Shown: piece by piece, positions 1 through 8,375 of the stretch | Numbering within the stretch: the first letter of the stretch is position 1 | Layout of the letters: every line of letters starts with the position of its first letter | NCBI RefSeq assembly: GCF_001194135.2 | Contig: NC_068982.1 | Coordinates: forward strand, 103,235,345 to 103,283,290 | Source of the DNA: Octopus bimaculoides | Taxonomy: Eukaryota | Length of the DNA: 47,946 bases | Direction: 5' to 3' | Notes under the pieces: model-generated | Database searches by the model: none | The model's input: the letters and a program-made list of their open reading frames with translations, nothing else | Told to the model about the DNA's origin: nothing | Program-made: the position numbers and the translations under genes

Positions 1-318
1 GCTGTGCGTGAGAAGACCCAGCAAGCCAAGTGAGATCGTTGCCAGTGACCCTGGACTGGCTCTTGTGCGGGTGGCACATAAAAGACACCATTTCGAGCGT
101 GGCCGTTGCCAGTACCGCCTGACTGGCCTTTGTGCGGGTGACACGTAAAAGTACCCACTACACTCTCAGAGTGGTTGGCGTTAGGAAGGGCATCCAGCTG
201 TAGAAACTCTGCCAAATTAGATTGGAGCCTGGTGTTGCCATCTGGTTTCACCAGTCCTCAGTCAAGTCGGCCAACCCATGCTAGCATGGAAAGCGGACGT
301 TAAACGATGATGATGATG
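1..318 (+). mobile_element. RTE-clade LINE 3' end (last ORF2 codons, 3' UTR, (GAT)n tail); runs off window start
   Basis: Starts GCTGTGCGTGAGAAGACC..GCAAGCCAAGTGAGA, matching the reverse complement of the ORF2 end at 23590-23650. Continues through AGGAAGGGCATCCAGCTGTAGAAA and the palindrome CCATGCTAGCATGG (276-289) to GGACGTTAAACGATGATGATGATG. Same tail recurs many times in the window. Confidence 0.85.
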
Positions 319-509
319 TGTCTAGTGATATTGCTGTAGTTGTTGCTGTTGCAGTAGTCATCCCCAGCTGTAGTGCTGGTTTTGCTGCTGCTGTTGCCAA
401 TGGTGTTGCTGTCACTTTGTGGATGTGAAACCATTGGTCACTCTATATTGCTCTATCCTTTAGAGTGTGCTTTTTTTTGGATATTTGATCCACTGACAAT
501 ATATATATT

Positions 510-682
510 CTCTCTGTTTGTCCTCCACCATTGCTTGACAACTGGTGTTGGTTTGTTTACATCCCCCATAATTCAGCAGTTCAACAAAAGTAAACAGTGG
601 TATAAGTACCAGGATTTTAACAAGTACAGGGTGATTTGTTCAACTAGGTGCCCCAGCATAGCCACTGAAACAAGTAAAAGAT
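510..682 (+). mobile_element. SINE family B, 3' half
   Basis: TTTGTCCTCCACCATTGCTTGACAACTGGTGTTGGTTTGTTTACATCCCC...ACTGAAACAAGTAAAAGA; reverse complement of the tails at 1786-1950, 29151-29340 and 40221-40430. Confidence 0.75.
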
Positions 683-878
683 ATTCTTTTAGTTTCCCTC
701 TACTAATTACACCCAGGAGTGTTAGTTGAATCACAGCTATAGTATAGCGTTAACCAACATAAATGTAATGTAACCGAATCCCTAATTACAAGGTTCCAAA
801 TTGAATTTCTTAACCACACAGCCACTATCAAATACTAGAACTCCATACTGTCAATACAAAGTGAAATGTGATAACAAC

Positions 879-1253
879 TTGTTGTTGTTGGCACTCCATC
901 GCTTACGACGTCGAGCATTCCAGTTGATCCGATCAACGGAACAGCCTGCTCGTGAAATTAATGTGCAAGTGGCTGAGCACTCCACAGACACGTGTACCCT
1001 TAACGTAGTTCTCGGGGATATTCAACATGACACAGTGTGTCAAGGCTGACCCTTCGAATTACAGGTACAACAGAAACGAAGTAAGAGTGAGAGAAAGTTG
1101 TGGTGGAAGAGTACAGCAGGGTTCATCACCATCCCCTGCTGGAGCCTCGTGTTTTCGCTCAATAAACACTCACAACGTCCGGTCTGGGAATCGAAACCGC
1201 AATTCTATGACCGCGAGTCCGCTGCCCTAACTACTGGGCCATTGCGCCTCCAC
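879..1253 (-). mobile_element. Full-length tRNA-derived SINE (tRNA-Arg-like head) with (CAA)n tail and 11-bp TSD
   Basis: Minus-strand head GGAGGCGCAATGGCCCAGTAGTTAGGGCAGCGGACTCGCGGTCATAGAATTGCGGTTTCGATTCCC has A-box (1226-1241) and B-box-like (1186-1198) motifs; tail GTGCCAACAACAACAA; flanks GTGATAACAAC (868-878) and GTGATATCAAC (1254-1264). Confidence 0.85.
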
Positions 1254-1304
1254 GTGATATCAACTATCATGAGGTTAATTAGCAAAATTTGCATAACAAA
1301 CTGT

Positions 1305-1445
1305 ATGTCTTTGGCAAGTGTCTTCTACTATAGCCCTGGGCCAACCAATGTCCTGTAAGTGAATTTGGTAGACAGAAATTGTGGATGCTCATCATATTTA
1401 TATGTTTGTGCCTTTGTATTTGTCCCCACTCCATTGCTTGACACC
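1305..1445 (+). mobile_element. SINE family B, central fragment
   Basis: TTGGCAAGTGTCTTCTACTATAGCCCTGGGCCAACCAA...GTGAATTTGGTAGACAGAAA, shared with the copies at 7140, 7870 and 19520. Confidence 0.75.
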
Positions 1446-1496
1446 TTTGCAGTTTGAATTTTACTGATGTCACATCAACAATTTTATTTTATATTA

Positions 1497-1710
1497 CGTA
1501 AAATACACCATTTCAAGCGTGGCCGTCGCCAGTACCGTAAAACACCCACTACACTTTCTGAGTGCTTGGCGTTAGGAAGGGCATCCAGCTGTAGAAACTC
1601 TGCCAAATCAGATTGGAGCCTTGTGTCACCTCCTGGTCCACCAGTCCTCAGTCAAATCGTCCAACCCATGCTAGCATGGAAAGCGGACGTTAAACGATGA
1701 TGATGATGAT
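1497..1710 (+). mobile_element. RTE LINE 3' UTR tail copy (5'-truncated)
   Basis: Near-identical to 85-318 apart from an internal deletion of about 27 nt; palindrome CCATGCTAGCATGG at 1666-1679; (GAT)n tail. Confidence 0.85.
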
Positions 1711-1785
1711 TACAATTTATGAACAATTGTGTTGTTGGGATTACAGGTTTCCAATGAGCTAATATTTTTTTTTTTTATTGTGATC

Positions 1786-2085
1786 TCTTACTTGCTTCTG
1801 TTATTGGACAGCAGCCATGCTGGGGCACTGTCTTGAAGGGTTTAGTTGAAAAAATCAACCCCAGTACTTATTCTATTGGTTTCTTTCGCTGAACCACTAA
1901 ATTATAGGGATGTAAACAAACCAACACCAGTTGTCAAGCAATGGAAGGAGTACGAATACACATATTCAGTTTTTGCCTACCAAATTCACTCACAAGACAC
2001 TGATTGGCCCGGGGCTACAGTAGAAGACACTGGACCCAAAACCACATGGTTACAAAGCAAGCTTCTTAACCACAGCCAGGTCTGA
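1786..2085 (-). mobile_element. SINE family B, near full length
   Basis: Tail TTACTTGCTTCTGTTATTGGACAGCAGCCATGCTGGGGCACTGTCTTGAAGG through to head CCACATGGTTACAAAGCAAGCTTCTTAACCACAGCCA; collinear with 40221-40613. Confidence 0.8.
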
Positions 2086-2751
2086 CAGAGAGTGACAAAA
2101 GAGTGTCTAACTTGATACAAAAGATATGGTACTAAAGTGAATCCTTTAACCATGTAGCCATGCTTTTGCCCACGCACAGCTATTACTCATTCTCTATTTT
2201 TACCATTTCCTCAACATTAAATGGACTTGGCTTTTCCCCTCTATTGCAATGTAAATTAAGTTTTCCTTTCTGTAATATCAAGCCTTGGCTAGACCAAACC
2301 ACTACTAATTATAACAATAAACTGATAGATTATTTATACTGCTGAGTAGGAGACAGGCTAACATTCAGCTATCTTAGAAATGAAATTGATAAAGACAAAA
2401 CATTATTTGTAATACTATCATTCCCTTATTTGTTTAATAGGAAGACAGTTTTTAATATGAAAAATAGAATTTTTGTTTTGCTTTTCCATAGAATTAGGAT
2501 GAGGGAAGTATATCCGTTCACACCATAAAGTAGCACTTACAATATTGTCAGCTGGTTGGTGCGTTGTGAGTGGATCTAAAAATAGCTTAGAAAATATAGT
2601 AAAATTTTTGGAACATAAAATTACATACATCTATTATATATCATTGAGACATGAGACGAGATAAATACATAGACCATTAACCAAATGTTTCAACACCAAT
2701 TAGAAACCAAGCAAACTGTTATGAAAACAATTTCCGTTATTTAAATACATA

Positions 2752-2927
2752 TACAAGAGGGTGCTGAAAAGTTCCTAGCTTAAGGGTATCGCAAAAGGCC
2801 CAACCCGAGTTCTTTTACAGGGCTTGTGAATCTGAGAGAGGAATATGTTGAATAAAATCATAATTAACTGATCCCTCTATATTTTCTTTTACCCAAAGCT
2901 AGAAAATTTTCAGCACACCCTCATTTA
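2752..2927. mobile_element. Internally deleted mariner (MITE-like) with ~28-bp TIRs
   Basis: Left TACAAGAGGGTGCTGAAAAGTTCCTAGCTT and right AAGCTAGAAAATTTTCAGCACACCCTCATTTATA are inverted; interior retains a mariner-like C-terminus (TTGTGAATCTGAGAGAGGAATATGTTGAATAA, about VNLR-EYVE-stop); TA flanks. Confidence 0.75.
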
Positions 2928-2992
2928 TATGTGTGTGTAATCATCATTTAATATCAGTTTTCCATGCTAGCATGTGATGGACATGAATATAT

Positions 2993-3625
2993 ATCATCAT
3001 CATTTAACATCCACCTTCCATGGTAGCATGGGTGGAATGTTTTCACAAGAGCCGGCCAGGCAGAAGCCTGCACCAGACTTCTGTGACTGTTTTGGCAGAA
3101 TTTTTACAGCTGGATGCCCTTCCTAACACCAACCACTCAGCAGAGAGGACTTTTTACATAACACAAGCGCTTGTGAGGTCAGTTTTGGCAAGGTTTTTAC
3201 AGCTGGATGCCTTTCCAAACACCAACCACTTTACTGTATGGACTGGGGGCTTTTAAGTGGCACCTGCACTGACAAGTACCTGCAAGACAAAAACAAAACT
3301 TTCAAGAGGGGAGGAGGTGATCTTGTGTATGAAAGGTTATAGTGAGACAGATACAAGTGTCTTGCTGTAGAGGTAGTACAAGCTTACCCAGTGGAAGAGA
3401 GAGAGAGAGAGAGATCAGGAATGAAGACAGAAACAGGTGTGCTACCGCAAAGGAAATACACAGTTATCCAACCTGAAGGAAGTGCAGGAGAGAGTGTGGG
3501 AGACAGCAGGATAGAGATGGTGCAAAATGCTGGGCATACTCACAAGGAACAGGGATCAGAATATAAATGGAATGGTTGAGTAAAGGAAGAGAGATGGTGG
3601 CATGTGCCAGGGCATACCCTTGAGG
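2993..3625 (-). mobile_element. LINE 3' UTR tail, long purine-rich variant with duplicated core module
   Basis: (TCA)n tail; module TTTTTACAGCTGGATGCC(C/T)TTCC(T/A)AACACCAACCACT occurs twice (~3102-3138 and ~3195-3231); downstream GA-rich body is collinear with 43605-44520. Confidence 0.75.
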
Positions 3626-3634
3626 TTCAAAAGC

Positions 3635-4480
3635 CCATCCCACAAATAATGCAGTTTTTTTACACTTATTTTTCAAAATTAAGATAAACAAAGTTATTTC
3701 TAAACCTAAAATATACTCTCCTTCATTTTCTACAATGCTCTTCCATCTATCTGGTTGACATGCAAGGCCCCTCTTCTAAAATTCACTTGTCTGTGACAAA
3801 AAATACTCTCCAGTACTGTTCTGACCTTGTCTACAGAATTCAAATTTTTTCCGTCCAAATGATTTTAAAGACTGTGGAATAAATGATAATCAGATGGAGC
3901 AATGTCCGGCCTATATGGTGGGTGCGGCATCATTTCCCATTCAAACTGCTCCAGCCTTTGGAATGTCATCCTTGCTGTATGTGGCTGAGCATTATCCTGA
4001 TAGAAGAACACCTTTCATCTTGAAATCAAAGATGGTCGTTTCTCTTCTGGCGCTGACTTAAGCCACTTAAGCTGCTCACAGATCTTTGTTATCGTTTGGT
4101 TTGGGTTTAGAAGTTCAAAATGGATTAAACATTTCATATCTCATCAAACAGATAACAACACCTTACGTGGGTGAAGACCTTCTTTATATTGGGGTGCCAG
4201 TGTTTATCCTTTCCCTACCCATTGTCTTTGGTGCTTGACATTTTTATAGAGAACCCATTTCTTGTCACCAGTCATTATTCGGTCCAAAAATAGTTTGAGC
4301 TCTACAGATCTTCCAGGACAAGGCACATCTTCTAGGCTGTAGTTTCCAGCTCAGAATTTCTGAAACCACCGCTGACACTGGCTTATGCTTATTGTCCAAT
4401 CCCCATATGCTGCATTAATATTCCTTGCACTTTCCATTACTTTTATTGAACTCATAAAGTAAAATATGTTAGGGGTGATG
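3635..4480 (-). pseudogene. Mariner (Mos1/Hsmar-like) D,D34D transposase remnant with one partial TIR
   Basis: My minus-strand translation gives LDRIMTGDKKWVLYKN, LHPRKVLLSV and QDNAQPHTARMTFQRLEQFEWEMMPHPPYRPDIAPSDYHLF (34 residues between 2nd and 3rd Asp); stops and frameshifts present; TIR-like CCATCCCACAAATAATGCAGTTTTTT at ~3635-3660. Confidence 0.9.
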
Positions 4481-5424
4481 TGGTTGCAGAAATTGTCTGA
4501 CAGCTATGACTGAGTTCTCCTGCTTGTGTGGCACCAAAAACAATGAAGTTGGCAATGTTCCAAGCATTACATTTCCCCATTACAAGCTACATAACAAATC
4601 TTGGTTCACTATACAATATGAGGAACAAAATATTGTATCAAGCTTTATCAATGAGCTGGCAAAAATGCTTTGTAGTCAAATGGAATATATTATAACACAG
4701 GTTTATTTCCATTCAAACCGTCCTTCAAAAGTCAAGTGATAAATATAATGCGATTAATTCAATGAAACAGCTCAATCATGATAACTGACTCCATATGATT
4801 AAGAAATTAGTATCTATATCATGAATTAGAGTACTGTAAAGCAAGAGACATGTTGTACCCACATTCTAATATCAATTGGGTAAATAAATTCTTAAATTCG
4901 CTGCTTGAGGCACCAATGTGGACTGGAGGCCTATATAAGCAAAGACTAAACGAGTGTCTGCTAAAATTAGTTCCACATATCCCCCCCCCACCTTAAAGGT
5001 GGAAATACATGCATACATGTGCGATTGCTATGAGTGTATGCAAGTGAATGGGTTTACATAGATGTCTATATAACCATATATATAGTTTTTTGTTTTAGGC
5101 ACCTATGTTAGTCTACATATATCTAGTTACATAAGCTTTCATGCCTAAGCACTTGTACATGTATTTCATATACCTGTCACCTACTTTCAATATCTTATGA
5201 CTGCTCCACCCACACCTGCCCCAACCCTCATTTTGGCTGGGGTTTGCCCCTAAAGACTTTGTGGGATTGAGCTTTGAGTAACCTATTCATATTTACCTAT
5301 ACCTGCTTTCACTGACATGTGTGAAGACCTGGTACCTTGAAGCATATGCCAGAAAAACTACTATTCTTTTTCACAGCTGTCAACAATAATTCTTTGCTAG
5401 CTCTCACACTCTACTGAAGTCCAC

Positions 5425-5565
5425 AAACTTAGAACAGCCACAATCAATGTCAACACAATGAAAGATAGGTCTAGTGAGATTGTTGAAATGCTTGAGTAAA
5501 AAATGTGGATGTTAACTGTGTGCAAGAGGTACAATGGCAGTGAGCCTCAGCTAGACTGCTTGTAG
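5425..5565 (+). mobile_element. RTE LINE apurinic endonuclease N-terminal fragment
   Basis: Translates to LRTATINVNTMKDRSSEIVEML...VDVNCVQEVQW, resembling the start of the APE domain (N-V-x-T, QE motif). Confidence 0.7.
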
Positions 5566-5570
5566 GTAAG

Positions 5571-6090
5571 TCATCATTATCATCATTTAATGTCCGCTTC
5601 CCATGCTAGCATGGGTTGGACGATTTGACTGGGGACTGGCGAAGCAGATGGCTACACCAGACTCCAATCTGATTTGGCAGAGTTTCTACAGCTGGATGCC
5701 CTTCCTAACGCCAACCACTCTGAGAGTGTAGTGGGTGCTTCTTACATCTCACCGGCACAAGGGCCACGCTCAAATGGTGTTTTTTATGTGCCACCTGCAC
5801 AGGAGTCAGCCGAATGTTTTGTTCACATGCCACCGGCACAAGTGCCAGTAAGGCGAAGCTGGAAACGATCGCGCTCAAATGGTGCATTTTACGTGCCACC
5901 ATCACAGGAGCGAGATTGCTGCTCTGGCAGTGATCCTGCTCGGATGGTGCTGTTAGCACTCCACTGGCACGGGTGCCAGTCATCAAATTTGGTTCAGTTT
6001 CAATCTCACTTGCCCCAACAGGTCTTCGCAAGCTGAGTTTAGTGTCCAATGAGGAAAGGTTGGCATGGGTACCAGTCATCAAATTTGGAT
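5571..6090 (-). mobile_element. RTE LINE 3' UTR copy with four hairpin modules, nested in an older RTE
   Basis: (TCA)n tail, palindrome at 5601-5614, four GTGCCACC(G/T/A)GCAC-type modules between 5734 and 5910; collinear with 23036-23560. Confidence 0.85.
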
Positions 6091-6104
6091 ATAAATTATC
6101 AAAT

Positions 6105-6880
6105 TAAGAATAGTCTTGTATAATGTAACAGTGACATTTACCTCTGCATATACTCCACTTGCTGGACTAGCTGATAAACAGGACTGTATGAGTCCCTTCA
6201 GCAGACTATCTCGACAACAAAGTAAAATTACCATATCATAACTGGTGACTTCAATGGTCATGTTGGGCAACATGCCAATGAATTTTATGGAGGTTTTGGC
6301 TTTGGCATTAGAAATTAGAAGGGGACAAGATCCTTGAGTTCTGTGATGCAAATGACTGGTCTGCAACACTAACTTCAGGAAACCAGTCAGCCAGCCATCT
6401 AATAACTTATTAGTCTGGTGAGCATTCAAGCCAAATTGACTACATTCTCACCAGAAACAGAGATAGACAGATGCTTATAAATGCAAAGTCCTTTCCCAGT
6501 GAGGAATGTACAACTCAACACAGGGTTAGACAGACACAGAGACGCAAACCTGTCAAGAAAAGGTTTAGACACATTCTATTAAAGTATTTGATAAGAAAGA
6601 GTAGGAGGTTTAACATATAACATAGATGGCAACTGGAAGTTCCAAGACAACCTTCTGAAGACTACGAACCAGATCTGTGGCTGAGGTAAAGTCTCTGCCA
6701 GACAGAGTGATTTTGTGGTGCAACAGTAAGGTAGCAAAGAGTTATATCAATTAGCTAAGCAGGGAAACTAGGTGACAAGTTTATCTAGCAAGAGCAGAAG
6801 CAGAAAGGGAGAGATTTGCTAATGTCTTATAACATGAAGATCAGAGACTTGAGGTGTTCCAGACTGCTAGACAGTAGTGC
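6105..6880 (+). mobile_element. RTE LINE endonuclease/linker fragment (continuation of 5425-5565)
   Basis: SAYTP, GDFNGHVGQH, GFGFGIRN, QIDYILTR and EECTTQHRL motifs typical of RTE-clade APE domains; many stops and frameshifts. Confidence 0.85.
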
Positions 6881-7139
6881 TTCTCCTTGGCAGAAAACCG
6901 AACCGAATTTCACCTAATCTGGTTTTGTTCCTAATTAATTGAGCTATACATAACTCTTTGAGATTATGCATAGTCCTTCAATGCTAGCTACAAGTTTTTA
7001 AAGTGATCTCAGTACTTTAAACTTGCCATCAAAACCGCATGATAATTTATATAAAATTTGCTTAATAATGACAAACTTGTCATTAAATTCATTATTATTT
7101 AATTGAAAGAGAAGAGTATTTCAATAGGGCAAATTTCAT

Positions 7140-7280
7140 ATAGTCCTTACACAGCATCTTGGGCAAGTGTCTTCTACCACAATCCTGGCCTTGTTAGTGG
7201 ATTTAGTCGACAGAAACTGAAAGTGCCCCACCACCACCACTTAACAGATGTTGGTTTGTTTATGTCCCTAAAACTTCGGA
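7140..7280 (+). mobile_element. SINE family B fragment (tail remnant at ~7560-7660)
   Basis: CTTGGGCAAGTGTCTTCTACCA...GATTTAGTCGACAGAAACTGAAAG...GATGTTGGTTTGTTTATGTCCC. Confidence 0.65.
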
Positions 7281-7800
7281 GAATCAAAGGAAGCTGTGAT
7301 GATTTATGTCAGAAGTAACAAGTTTCTGGAGGAGTAAAGAAGTAAAAATTCTATCTTAAGTTCTTGCCCTTTGTCCGAAAATGGTCGTGACTGATAGTAT
7401 TGCTGCAACAAAAGTACTAACACTTTATTGATCTTCCTCATTCTGAAATGATAGGTAAGAGCCCAAAACGTTCAATTCCTCACCACAATTAAACATATTG
7501 AACTTTCTTAAATAATAGGTTTTTATATAACAGGCATAAACAAATATTAGTGTCCAACTGGTTAATATCAATATAACTTACAAAACTCAAATATATTATT
7601 TCAGGATAGTTGCATATTTCAACTTCAGTGGTTGTGGCTGAAACAAGACAAGTACTATACCCCGAATGAATTAAATCAATTACATATAATTATAAAATTA
7701 AGATGCTGATTTAATAGCTCAGTCAGAATGATGCCTCAGTCATTGTGTTTGGTGTCTGTGACAAGTTAAGTTTACCTTGATTACTTTGTTTTACCTTGAA

Positions 7801-7980
7801 GTGCAGACATGGCTGTGTAAGTGAGAAGTTCGCTTTCCAACAATTTGTGTGGTTTCAGATGGAGTTCCCACTGCATGTCACCTTTGGCAAATGTCTTCTA
7901 CTATAGCCCTGTGCCCACCAAAGCTTTGTAAGTGGACTTGGTAGACAGAAACTGAAATAAGTCTGTCATGTGTATATGTG
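7801..7980 (+). mobile_element. SINE family B, 5' half with tRNA-like head
   Basis: GCAGACATGGCTGTGTAAGTGAGAAGTTCGCTTTCCAAC...GGCAAATGTCTTCTACTATAGCCC...GGTAGACAGAAACTGAAA. Confidence 0.75.
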
Positions 7981-8214
7981 TTAATGTTTGTTTTTACATT
8001 TAGTTATAATAAAAACAATTTTACATTAATCTTATGGGTTACTCTATACTTTTGTAGAGTACAAATTTATTATTCTTAAACAAAAATATGGTTGACGGTG
8101 ACATCCAAGTTTCAACTTGTTAAGCCACGACTTATCTGACCGAAACTTCAATGTCACTGTCAACAATATTTTTTGTTTTTTTCTTTATAATATATATATA
8201 TATATATGGGTGAT

Positions 8215-8375
8215 TTTGTGTCTCCTTGTCTTGAGGTAGTAGTTGTAAATGGGCATCAGCATCATACAAGTAATAGCCTATGTTTCTGCCTTCTGTGAAC
8301 CAGAAGATAATATCACTTTGCTTGAAAACCTGAGTTGCCAACAGGAAAAGCATCCAGCTGTAAAAAAAAAAAAAA
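8215..8375 (+). repeat. Dispersed repeat related to the LINE tail family; contains a let-7-complementary 16-mer
   Basis: TCTCCTTGTCTTG...AGTTGCCAACAGGAAAAGCATCCAGCTGTAAAA, similar to 26605-26735. Confidence 0.6.

Noticed and set aside
373-729. 118-aa ORF with hydrophobic N-terminus
   Set aside because: Runs through a degenerate (GCT/GTT) tract and a SINE tail; non-ATG start; no recognisable domain.
1180-1253. tRNA-like sequence as a real tRNA gene
   Set aside because: Continues into a SINE body and tail with TSD; acceptor stem does not close.
5290-5390. Possible Penelope-like terminus
   Set aside because: Resemblance too vague; no supporting ORF or second copy.
5734-5910. CRISPR-like repeat-spacer pattern of ~30-nt palindromic modules
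   Set aside because: Repeats are degenerate, spacers are themselves repeated, context is a eukaryotic LINE UTR, no cas genes.
5674-6082. Overlapping 120-125-aa ORFs (likewise 23200-23682, 26085-26393, 43715-43915)
   Set aside because: GC-rich modular LINE 3' UTR; repeated peptides such as VPPAQ just mirror the nucleotide modules.
8228-8285. let-7 precursor paralogue on the plus strand
   Set aside because: The putative star arm pairs poorly (G-G and G-A mismatches, bulge), the mature arm diverges after nt 17, and the segment lies within a dispersed repeat. Kept only as a possible target site.
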